Shown here: positions 27,135 to 35,589 of the stretch, piece by piece
Layout: each line of letters begins with the position of its first letter
Position numbering within the stretch: position 1 is the first letter of the stretch
From: Clostridiales bacterium
Lineage (GTDB): Bacteria; Bacillota; Clostridia; Christensenellales; Aristaeellaceae
Length of the DNA: 64,000 nucleotides
Assembly (NCBI GenBank): GCA_015056325.1
Contig: SVGL01000003.1
Location: 82,927-146,926 of the forward strand
Reading direction: 5' to 3'
Made by a program: the position numbers and the translations under genes
The notes under the pieces: model-generated
Databases searched by the model: none
The model's input: the letters and a program-made list of their open reading frames with translations, nothing else
Told to the model about the DNA's origin: nothing

Positions 27135-27971
27135 TCAGATTTCCTTGACGACCTGGATGGCTACGCAGCCGGGGCCGCCTTGGGTGGTGAAGACGGGAGT
27201 CAGGGGGAGGATCTCCAGCGTAGCCTCGGGGAAGGCCTCGATCAGTTGGGCGCGGGCGGATTCCGCCAGCCCGGGCGCGGCGGCGTGCACCACATAGATG
27301 CGCCAGCCCTTCTCCACACCCCAGGCGTGAAGCTCCTTGGCAACGTGCTTGATCGCCAGTTTGAAGGAGCGGCTGACGGTGCTCATCACCAGCTGACGGC
27401 CGTCCTTGGATTGCGTCAGCACCGGGGCCAGCTTGATGGTCTTGCCTACCAGGGAGACCAGAGGGCTCAGGCGGCCGCCGCGGCGCAGGTAGTCAAAGTC
27501 GGAGGGGATCAGGAAGGAGAGGTCGGTGTCCATCAGGGCGTGCACCCTGTTCAGGATCTCCTGCTTGGTGGCGCCGGCGTGGGCCATCTTTGTGGCGACT
27601 TCCACCATGTAGCGGTGGGGGCCGCAGAGGGTGCCGGTGTTGACGACGTCGATCTTGTCGTTTTCCACGTTCTGCACCGCAGCTACAGCGGTGGAGTAGG
27701 TGCCACTCAGGCCATCCGCCATGGAGAGGTTGATGACCTCATCGTTGCCGCAGCCCTCGTACATGGCGATGACGTCCCCCAAAGCAGGCTGGCTGGACAC
27801 GGGCATGTGGCCCTGGCCGATGATGCGGACGAACTCGTCCAGCTGGATCTCGTCCAGCTCCTTGTAGCTCTTGCCGGCGATGGTGACGGACAGGGGCGCC
27901 ACATCAAACCCGGCCTCGCGGGCCTGGGCGGTGGAATACATGGTGGAGGTATCTGCAACGATGCGAACCAT
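27135..27971 (-). CDS. DegV-family fatty-acid-binding protein (FakB-like)
   Basis: Track ORF trimmed to MVRIVADTSTMYS (AAGGAGAG RBS). Typical DegV N-terminus and length (278 aa). Confidence 0.88.
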   Translation of the reverse strand: MVRIVADTSTMYSTAQAREAGFDVAPLSVTIAGKSYKELDEIQLDEFVRIIGQGHMPVSSQPALGDVIAMYEGCGNDEVINLSMADGLSGTYSTAVAAVQNVENDKIDVVNTGTLCGPHRYMVEVATKMAHAGATKQEILNRVHALMDTDLSFLIPSDFDYLRRGGRLSPLVSLVGKTIKLAPVLTQSKDGRQLVMSTVSRSFKLAIKHVAKELHAWGVEKGWRIYVVHAAAPGLAESARAQLIEAFPEATLEILPLTPVFTTQGGPGCVAIQVVKEI

Positions 27972-28222
27972 GGAGACTCTCCTTATATATATGCAGAGTG
28001 GCATGCTGTGGGAAATGCAACGGGTTCCGAAAAACCGCAACATGGGATATGATAAACCATAACTTGCGCTATTGTCAAGCGAATTATATCAACTCTGCGT
28101 GAATTATGTTTGAACAGATCGGAAAATGTCGGAAGATATCGGCGGAAAATGCGGGGAAGATTGCATTTCCCCAGCAGAACGCGTATAATGAACGTGTTAT
28201 TTCTGCGAAAGAAGGTGCCCTC

Positions 28223-28981
28223 ATGAGCATTCTGGACCAGCTTTCCTCTGCGCCGCTGTATCTGATCACCGGCGCGATCATCCTCTACGTCGCGGCGATG
28301 AGCGTATTCTTCCTCGTTCGCGCGTGGAAGGCGGGCGTCGCCATCGGCATGGACAAGGTGAAGCTCCGCCGCGCGGTGACCTCCTCGGTGACGTTCTCCA
28401 TCCTGCCCAGCGTGTCGATTCTGCTGGGTGTGATTGCCCTGTCCGGCAGCCTGGGCATTCCGCTGCCGTGGCTGCGTTTGTCGGTGGTCGGCGCGCTGCA
28501 CTATGAGACCAGCGTGGCGGACATTGCTGCCAAGGCCATCGGCCTCAGCGGCCTGAGCGCGGCGGAGATGACACTTCGCGCATTCACCACCATCGCGCTG
28601 CTGATGACGGTGGGTATCATCTGGGGCGTGGTGTGCGTGGCCCTCTTCGGCAAGCGCTACACAAAAAAGCTCCAGGGCACGGGAGAGAAGAAGTCCGGCG
28701 GCGCGAATTTCGGCGATATGGCCATGACGGCCATGTTCATCGGCCTGATTACGGCCTACATGGGCAGCTACATCGGTCAGCTGATTCAGCTGCAAGCCGG
28801 TGCGCTGGTGGTGACCGGCCAGTACCTGCAGCTGGTGGCGATGGCCTTCTCTGCCCTGGCGATGGCGGTGTTCACCCACTTTGCCGAGACGAAGAAGATG
28901 GCCTGGCTGGACAATTTCTCCATCGCCGGCAGCATGCTGGTGGGTATGGCCGCGGCTGTCCTCTGCGGACTGATCTTTTAA
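28223..28981 (+). CDS. Multi-TM membrane protein (DUF5058-like, from memory)
   Basis: Track ORF trimmed to MSILDQLSS. About 6 predicted TM helices and the motif GIPLPWLRLSVVGALHYE. Confidence 0.65.
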   Translation: MSILDQLSSAPLYLITGAIILYVAAMSVFFLVRAWKAGVAIGMDKVKLRRAVTSSVTFSILPSVSILLGVIALSGSLGIPLPWLRLSVVGALHYETSVADIAAKAIGLSGLSAAEMTLRAFTTIALLMTVGIIWGVVCVALFGKRYTKKLQGTGEKKSGGANFGDMAMTAMFIGLITAYMGSYIGQLIQLQAGALVVTGQYLQLVAMAFSALAMAVFTHFAETKKMAWLDNFSIAGSMLVGMAAAVLCGLIF

Positions 28982-28993
28982 GGAGGTGCGACC

Positions 28994-29674
28994 ATGGAAC
29001 AGAATCGTGAAGCCTACCTGGCCAAATACAACGACAGAACCCATCTCTACGGCCGCATCGGGCTGTGGATCGGCATCGTGCTGCTCTTTGCTGCGCCTTT
29101 CCTCTTCGGCGTGAGTCTCAACGCCATGCCCGACATGGGCGCCTTCGCCAAGGGCCTTGCCCAGATCGCCATCATCTACATCCCCTCCTGCATCGTGGAG
29201 TTCCTCATTTATACGCCCATGCTGGGCGCCGGCGGCAGCTATCTGGCCTTCATTACCGGCAACCTGATCAATATGAAGATCCCCTGCGCCCTCAACGCCC
29301 GCGACATCGTGGGCACCGAGGCTGGCACGACGGAGAACGAGATCGTCTCCACGCTGTCGGTGGCTGCGTCCTCCCTGGTGACGACGGTGGTCATCGCCCT
29401 GGGCGTGCTGCTGCTGATCCCCCTGCGCCCTGTGCTGGAGAATCCGGCGCTGCAGCCCGCCTTTGATAACGTGGTGCCCGCGCTCTTCGGCGCGATGGCC
29501 TACAAGTACTTCCGCCGGGGCAAGAAGCTGGTCGCCCTGCCGCTGATCGTGATGATCGTGCTCTTTGTGTGCGTGCCCAGCCTGATCGGCAGCGTGGGCT
29601 TCCTGATGCTCATCTCCGGCGCGATCGCCATTGCCCAGGCGTTCTATGCCTTCAAGAAGGGAGCTGCTGTATGA
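28994..29674 (+). CDS. Multi-TM membrane protein of unknown function
   Basis: AAGGAGGTG RBS, 226 aa, about 5-6 TM helices. The stop overlaps the next ATG (ATGA). Confidence 0.7.
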   Translation: MEQNREAYLAKYNDRTHLYGRIGLWIGIVLLFAAPFLFGVSLNAMPDMGAFAKGLAQIAIIYIPSCIVEFLIYTPMLGAGGSYLAFITGNLINMKIPCALNARDIVGTEAGTTENEIVSTLSVAASSLVTTVVIALGVLLLIPLRPVLENPALQPAFDNVVPALFGAMAYKYFRRGKKLVALPLIVMIVLFVCVPSLIGSVGFLMLISGAIAIAQAFYAFKKGAAV

Positions 29675-31116
29675 TCGTTCTCTACATCATTCTTGCCCTG
29701 CTGGCGCTGTTGGTTGCCGCGCTGCTGGCGGCTGTCGTCCGCACCCTGGCGATGCCCCATAAGCAGACCAGTTACGTCCCCTCCACGGATGAAAAGCGCA
29801 TCAATGAATACGCGCAGAAGCTCTCCCGCATGGTGCAGGTGGAGACCATCTCCGACCGCAGCAAGGCGGAAGTGAAGAAGTTCCGCGGCTTCCACACGCT
29901 GATGCGGGAGCTGTTCCCGAAGGTCTTCGCGAATTGCGAGGAAGTCGAGATCGACGGCAACCTCTTGCTGAAATGGAAGGGCAAAACCTCCAAGCAGCCC
30001 ATCCTCCTCATGAGCCACATGGACGTGGTGGAGGCCACCGGTGAGTGGACGCATGCGCCCTTCTCCGGCGACATCGCGGACGGCAAGGTCTGGGGCCGCG
30101 GCGCGGCGGACACCAAGTGCAGCCTGATGGCCTTCTTCCAGTCGGTTGAAGAAATGATCGCCGACGGCTACGTGCCTGAATGTGACGTGTACCTGGCCTC
30201 CTCCTGCACGGAGGAGATCGGCGGCAGCGGCGCGCCCAAACTGGCGGGCTGGCTCAAGGAGCATGGCGTGAAGCTGTTCATGCTCTGTGACGAGGGCGGC
30301 TCCATCATCCAGAATCCCCTGGGCGGCGTGAACGGCCACTACGCGGCGGTGGGCATCTTCGAGAAGGGCTACGGCGACGTGAAGTTCATCGCCCGCAGCA
30401 AGGGCGGCCATGCCAGCGCGCCGGGCCGCAACACGCCCATCCCCCGCCTGGCGAAGTTCATCGCGGCGGTGGAGAAGAAGTCCCCCTTCAAGGTTCAATT
30501 CTCCCCGGCGGTGGAGGCCATGTTTGAGCGGCTCGCGCCCTATGCCGGCCCCTTCTACCTGCGGCTGGTGATGCACAACCTGTGGCTGTTCAAGCCGGTG
30601 CTGGGCAAGGTCATGCCCCTCATTTCCGCCCAGGCCGCCGCGATGCTCAAGACCACCATCGCCTTCACCATGCAGGAGGGCAGCCGCGGCTACAATGTGC
30701 TGCCCCAGGAGGCCAGCGTCTGCGCGAACCTGCGGTTCATCCCCCATCAGGGCACGGAGGAGAGCCTCGCCGTCATCACCGACATGGCATCGAAATTCGG
30801 CCTGGAGACTGAGGTCATCTACAAGGGCTATCCGTCGAAGTCCCTGGACCTCAAGGGCGAGGCCTTCGCCATCGTGCAGAACACGATCAACGCCGTCTTC
30901 CCCGACGTGTGCGTGATGCCCTATGTGGTCACCGGCGGCACGGACGCCCGCTTCTACGGCGAGGTCTGCGACAGCTGCGTGCGCTTCAGCCCGGTGCTCT
31001 ACGGCCCCGAGCAGATGGCGGGCATGCACGGCCTGAACGAGAACATAGAGGCCAACTGCCTGCCCCCGGCGGTGGACTACTACAAGGCCATCATCAAGGC
31101 ACAGGAGACCAGGTAA
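29671..31116 (+). CDS. Membrane-anchored M20/M25/M40-family metallopeptidase
   Basis: Track ORF trimmed to MIVLYIILALLALLV, an N-terminal TM helix. M20 motifs are SHMDVVEATGEWTHAPFSG, WGRGAADTKC and the Glu pair in CTEEIGG. Confidence 0.85.
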   Translation: MIVLYIILALLALLVAALLAAVVRTLAMPHKQTSYVPSTDEKRINEYAQKLSRMVQVETISDRSKAEVKKFRGFHTLMRELFPKVFANCEEVEIDGNLLLKWKGKTSKQPILLMSHMDVVEATGEWTHAPFSGDIADGKVWGRGAADTKCSLMAFFQSVEEMIADGYVPECDVYLASSCTEEIGGSGAPKLAGWLKEHGVKLFMLCDEGGSIIQNPLGGVNGHYAAVGIFEKGYGDVKFIARSKGGHASAPGRNTPIPRLAKFIAAVEKKSPFKVQFSPAVEAMFERLAPYAGPFYLRLVMHNLWLFKPVLGKVMPLISAQAAAMLKTTIAFTMQEGSRGYNVLPQEASVCANLRFIPHQGTEESLAVITDMASKFGLETEVIYKGYPSKSLDLKGEAFAIVQNTINAVFPDVCVMPYVVTGGTDARFYGEVCDSCVRFSPVLYGPEQMAGMHGLNENIEANCLPPAVDYYKAIIKAQETR

Positions 31117-31144
31117 CTCCTCCGACATTTGTGACAGTACGATA

Positions 31145-31253
31145 ATCTTGAATTTGTTGCAGACCTCCTTCGTATCTCCAAGCCGCTGCGGCTGCTGCTC
31201 AACCTGCAAGGAAGCAATGCGGCGACTTTGCAGAGGATAGCTTCCGCTGCAAG
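31145..31253 (+). repeat. Family-2 intergenic repeat, copy in the 31.1-31.5 kb spacer (tentative)
   Basis: Colinear blocks are shared with 37280-37451: ATCTTGA..TTTTGCA, CAAGCC, (G/C)AAGGAAGC and TGCAGAGGATAGC..CTGCAAG. The last block also occurs inverted at 7537-7564. Confidence 0.35.
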
Positions 31254-31481
31254 TGGAAATTCAGGCAATCCTCTGCAACCGGAGCCGCCTCGCAAATGCA
31301 GCCGCTCGCTCAACTCCACAGGGGTCAGAGGGGAGGTCCGGGGGAAGCATTGTTTATGTTTCCCCCGGCGGCTTTGCGCAGCTTTCGACGCGCGAAAGCG
31401 GCCCCCTGCTGCAAACAAACCCTAAATTGAAGAAAACGCACATCCCAAACTAACAAATCTCAATTTAGCGCTTAACAAAAG

Positions 31482-31519
31482 AACGCGCCATCCCCGGCAT
31501 GTGGGATGGCGCGTTTTTG
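31482..31519. terminator. Bidirectional terminator
   Basis: AACGCGCCATCCC-cggcatgt-GGGATGGCGCGTT 13-bp stem followed by TTTT, with AAAAG upstream. Confidence 0.7.
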
Positions 31520-31524
31520 TGGAC

Positions 31525-32355
31525 TCAATCTTTGCTTGAGGCAACCTCAGCCAGACGGATCAGCAGCCGCTCGCCCACAAAGGGCAGCAGGTCAGAGATG
31601 CTGCGGCCCTGCTGCAGGCGGGTCAGGGCGATGTCGTCCAGCGTTTTTTCGCTCATGAAGGGACGGAGGGCGTCGATGGATTGTCCCGCTGCGTCCAGCT
31701 GGCGGGCCAGGGCATCCACAGAATCCTCGTACAGGAAGGGCAGCAGGTCAAAAAAGCTGTGTCCGGCGGCGGCGCGGCTGCGGGCGATCTCGTCCACGCA
31801 GTCTTCGCTCATGAAGGGGGTGATCTCCTGGATGGATTTGCCCTGCTTTTCCAGGGTGCGGGCAGCTTCGTCCACGGCGCCGGTGCTGGCAAAGAAGGCA
31901 CATTCCCTCAGCGGTCTGCCCGCTTCCACGCGCTGCTGGAGCAGTACATCCACCTTTGAGGTGGGCAGAAGGTGCATGAGTTCCGAGATGTCCGGCAGAT
32001 TCGGCAGTTCCATGAGCCGGTCTGCCAGGGCGTCCATTTGGCGGGGCGGCAAGAGGGGCGCGGCATCGGCGACCTCCTCCACGGTGAGGGCGGGCAGCTC
32101 GTCCAGCTTGTCCTCGACGGCTTTCACGATCAGCGGCGAGTGATGTCCCAGCAGCTCGTCGATGGTGGTGCCAAAGAGTTCCGCCAGCTCCGGCAGCTTG
32201 GAGATGTCGGGCATGGACTGGCCCCGCTCCCAGTTGCTCACCGCCTGGAAGGATACGCCCATCGCATCCGCCAGGGCCATCTGGGTCATGTTGCGTTTCC
32301 GGCGCAGACGGGCGATGGTCTGCCCGATGCGGTGCATGTCAAAAGGAAAAGGCAT
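31525..32355 (-). CDS. XRE-family HTH regulator with a C-terminal array of 26-aa repeats
   Basis: Track ORF trimmed to MPFPFDMHRIG (GAGGAG RBS). HTH_3 motif MTQMALADAMGVSFQAVSNWERG, followed by six or seven 26-aa units such as IQEITPFMSEDCVDEIARSRAAAGHS. Confidence 0.85.
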   Translation of the reverse strand: MPFPFDMHRIGQTIARLRRKRNMTQMALADAMGVSFQAVSNWERGQSMPDISKLPELAELFGTTIDELLGHHSPLIVKAVEDKLDELPALTVEEVADAAPLLPPRQMDALADRLMELPNLPDISELMHLLPTSKVDVLLQQRVEAGRPLRECAFFASTGAVDEAARTLEKQGKSIQEITPFMSEDCVDEIARSRAAAGHSFFDLLPFLYEDSVDALARQLDAAGQSIDALRPFMSEKTLDDIALTRLQQGRSISDLLPFVGERLLIRLAEVASSKD

Positions 32356-32450
32356 AAAAACAGCTCCTCTGTGTTTGATCACCGGTGTAAGCCAATGATA
32401 GCACAGAGGAGCTGCCTTTGTCCATCAAGGGATGATTGAAACGCTGCGAG

Positions 32451-33338
32451 TTACCCTTCCCCCTGGCCGTTCCGGGTGGACTTGCGGTATGCCGAGGGCG
32501 ACATGCCCGCCAGTTTGGTGAAGGAGCGCAGGAAGCTGGAATAGTCGTTGAAGCCGCACTGGTAGGCTACCTCGCCCAGGGGCATGGCGGAGTTGATCAT
32601 CTCCTTGGCCTGCAGCACCCGGCGGTGCAGCACATAATCATATACGCTGCGGCCGGTGTACTTGACAAACTCGTGGGAGAGGAAGGACACGCTCACGCCG
32701 AACTGGCGGGCCAGGGCTTCCAGCTTGATGGGGCTGGTGTAGTGCTGGTTGATATAGGCCAGTACCTCCTGCATGGCCTCGTTGACCACGATGGGCTCCA
32801 CCACTTCGCTGGAACGGCTCATGACCTGGCAAAGGATGGACATGAACTGCACAAGCTTGGCGTAATTGTCAAAGCGCACCAGGGGGGAGTTGCTGTCCTG
32901 TGTGAGCTGCAGCTCATCCAGCAGCCGGCGGCATTGCTGGGCTTCCTCCTCCGTCATGCGGAACTGGCAGACGCCGCGCTGGGTGTGCTGGGTGATAAAG
33001 GCCTCCAGATCCAGCTGCTGAGCGCCGCAGCTCTTGAGCATGCCGGGGGAGATATAGAGGAAACAGCGGTCGTAGTTCTGCAGCACATGATCGCCGATGA
33101 GGCCGTGCATACGGAAGGGCGGGATGATCATCAGGTGATTGGCGTCGATGGGGTAAACCTTGTTGTCGATGCAATAATGCTTTGCGCCCCGGAAGTGAAT
33201 GTAGAGCTCGTAAAAATCGTGGCAGTGGAGCCCGTACATGCCCCATTCTTCACTGAAGGTGCAGCATGCCTCATAGTCATGGCGGTTGTTGCCCATGGCA
33301 GAATAGGCGGTTCGGGAGAGGGCGTCTGACGCGGGCAT
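32451..33338 (-). CDS. AraC-family transcriptional regulator (cupin sensor + HTH)
   Basis: C-terminal AraC HTH (GEVAYQCGFNDYSSFLRSFTKLAGMSPSAYRK) and a GGAGGTG RBS. Divergent from the sugar ABC operon. Confidence 0.9.
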   Translation of the reverse strand: MPASDALSRTAYSAMGNNRHDYEACCTFSEEWGMYGLHCHDFYELYIHFRGAKHYCIDNKVYPIDANHLMIIPPFRMHGLIGDHVLQNYDRCFLYISPGMLKSCGAQQLDLEAFITQHTQRGVCQFRMTEEEAQQCRRLLDELQLTQDSNSPLVRFDNYAKLVQFMSILCQVMSRSSEVVEPIVVNEAMQEVLAYINQHYTSPIKLEALARQFGVSVSFLSHEFVKYTGRSVYDYVLHRRVLQAKEMINSAMPLGEVAYQCGFNDYSSFLRSFTKLAGMSPSAYRKSTRNGQGEG

Positions 33339-33563
33339 GCTGCTTCACCTCCATGACTTAGGATGTTATGTTTTCCTAATTTCACGAAAAAAACAGTTTT
33401 CCTTCACCATGGATGTCGATGTGCAGGATGTGCATAAAAACAAGCAGCATTTGCGTGGAAAGCGAACATCTTGGAACCGTATAATGTTCATATAAGGCGA
33501 AGATGTGAATATTGGAAAAGAGTTCACCTGATGCTACAGCATCACATAAGGAGGAATGTACCG

Positions 33564-34493
33564 ATGAGTACCCTGAAGGCGCCGCGCCGCCATGTCAACT
33601 GGTTCAAGCGTGACTGGCGCTTGTATGCAATGCTGGCAATCCCTGTCATCTGGTATCTGCTGTTCTGCTACAAGCCGATGATCGGCGTGATCATCGCTTT
33701 CCAGAAGTACAGCCTGGTCAAGGGTATGTGGGGCAGCCGCTGGGTCGGCCTGGACAACTTCGAGTTTGTTATGGGCCTGCGCGATTTCCCGCTGGCGCTG
33801 AAGAATACCCTCTACCTGAACCTGCTGGGCCTGATTGTGGGCTTCCCGGTGCCCATCATTCTGGCCATCATGCTCAATGAGATCCAGCACAAGGGCGTCA
33901 AGCGCGTCTCCCAGACGCTGCTGTACCTGCCGCACTTCCTGAGCTGGATCATCATCGGCGGTATGGTGCTGAAGATCTTCGCCCCCACCACCGGCGTTAT
34001 CAATCAGACGCTGCTCAAGTGGGGCTGGATTGACAAGAACGTTCCCTTCCTGACGGACGGCCCGACCTGGCAGATCACCTACACGCTGGTTGGCGTGTGG
34101 CAGAACATGGGCTGGGGCACCATCCTCTACCTGTCTGCCATCACCGGCATCAACATGGAGCTCTTCGAGGCTGCCAAGATCGACGGCGCCAACAAGCTGC
34201 AGCAGATCTGGCACGTCACCCTGCCCGGCATCCGCTCCACCATCGTGGTGCTGCTGATCCTCAATGTCGGCCAGATGATGAACATCTCCTTCGACCGTCC
34301 CTACGTGCTGGGCAATACCCTGGTGCAGGACTACTGCGACGTGCTTTCCACCTTCGTGTACCGCACCGGCATTACCAATGCCAAGTTTGACCGTGCTACC
34401 GCCATCGGCCTGTTCCAGTCCGTGGTTGGCCTGATTCTGATTTCTGGCGCCAACTTCATCACCAAGAAGATGGGCGAAGAAGGTATCTGGTAA
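33564..34493 (+). CDS. Sugar ABC transporter permease (LplB-type)
   Basis: Track ORF trimmed to MSTLKAPRRHVNWFKRDWRLY (AAGGAGGA RBS). Binding-protein-dependent transport permease with the EAA-like loop EAAKIDGANKLQ. Confidence 0.88.
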   Translation: MSTLKAPRRHVNWFKRDWRLYAMLAIPVIWYLLFCYKPMIGVIIAFQKYSLVKGMWGSRWVGLDNFEFVMGLRDFPLALKNTLYLNLLGLIVGFPVPIILAIMLNEIQHKGVKRVSQTLLYLPHFLSWIIIGGMVLKIFAPTTGVINQTLLKWGWIDKNVPFLTDGPTWQITYTLVGVWQNMGWGTILYLSAITGINMELFEAAKIDGANKLQQIWHVTLPGIRSTIVVLLILNVGQMMNISFDRPYVLGNTLVQDYCDVLSTFVYRTGITNAKFDRATAIGLFQSVVGLILISGANFITKKMGEEGIW

Positions 34494-34509
34494 GAAAGGA
34501 GGAGAAAAA

Positions 34510-35424
34510 ATGACAGCTGTGACTTACAACGCCAATCCTACCCCCAAGAAAAAGAAGAGCACCTGGACATTCGGCCAGATCATTCTGGTTGCGGTCATTT
34601 TCGTCTTCGTTCTTACCTGCGTGATGCCCTTCCTGAACGTGATCGCCATCTCGTTCAGCTCCAAGTCCGCTATTCTGCGCGGCGCCGTCTCCTTCTGGCC
34701 GGTGGAGTTTGAAACCAAGGCCTATGAGATCCTCTTTGCTGACAAGAGCATGATCAACTGCCTGTTCTACACGGTGGAGCTGACAGTCATCTATACGGCG
34801 ATCGCCATGGTGCTGACCATCCTCATGGCTTACCCGCTGACCAAGAAGCGCCTGCGCGGCCGCCAGTTCTTCTCTTTCCTGGCGCTGTTCACCATGTACT
34901 TCTCCGGCGGCACCATCCCGATCTACCTGAACGTGAAGGACTTCGGCCTGCTGGACTCCATGTGGTCGCTGATCATCCCCGGTGTTCTGTCCACCTACAA
35001 CATGATCATTATGAAGAGCTTCTTCGCCTCCCTGCCTCAGGAGCTGGAGGAAGCGGCCACCATCGACGGTGCGAATGACTTCCAGATTCTGATCCAGGTC
35101 TTCCTGCCTCTGTCCCTGGCTTCCATTGCCACGCTGACCCTGTTCTACGCCGTGGGCAAGTGGAACTCCTTCGCGGACGCCAAGTACTACATCCAGACCA
35201 AGGCCCTGCAGCCCCTGCAGCTGCGCCTGTACAACATCATCAAGGGCTCTACCGCCGTGGACGTCACCGCCATCGAGGGTAATGCCAACAGCAACGCCCA
35301 GAACGTTTCCGAGTCCATCGAATCCGCCACCATTATCTTCGCGACCCTGCCCATCCTGGTGGTGTATCCCTTCGTGCAGCGCTACTTCGTCACCGGCGTG
35401 ACCATCGGCGCTGTCAAGGGTTAA
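34510..35424 (+). CDS. Sugar ABC transporter permease (LplC-type)
   Basis: AAGGAGGAG RBS and EAA loop EEAATIDGANDFQ. Confidence 0.88.
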   Translation: MTAVTYNANPTPKKKKSTWTFGQIILVAVIFVFVLTCVMPFLNVIAISFSSKSAILRGAVSFWPVEFETKAYEILFADKSMINCLFYTVELTVIYTAIAMVLTILMAYPLTKKRLRGRQFFSFLALFTMYFSGGTIPIYLNVKDFGLLDSMWSLIIPGVLSTYNMIIMKSFFASLPQELEEAATIDGANDFQILIQVFLPLSLASIATLTLFYAVGKWNSFADAKYYIQTKALQPLQLRLYNIIKGSTAVDVTAIEGNANSNAQNVSESIESATIIFATLPILVVYPFVQRYFVTGVTIGAVKG

Positions 35425-35589
35425 GCCAACGCCTGCGAATGTCCGCTGCGGCTGACGGTCGAATCTGCACCATCCGCGTTGCGCAGCCATCTCGATTTAC
35501 CTCCAGTCGGCTCAAGTCGACATCGTCTTACTGTTTCCGTTGTATTTAGCCGCTGAGATGCGGTGAAATAAGAAAAGGAGAGTGGAACC

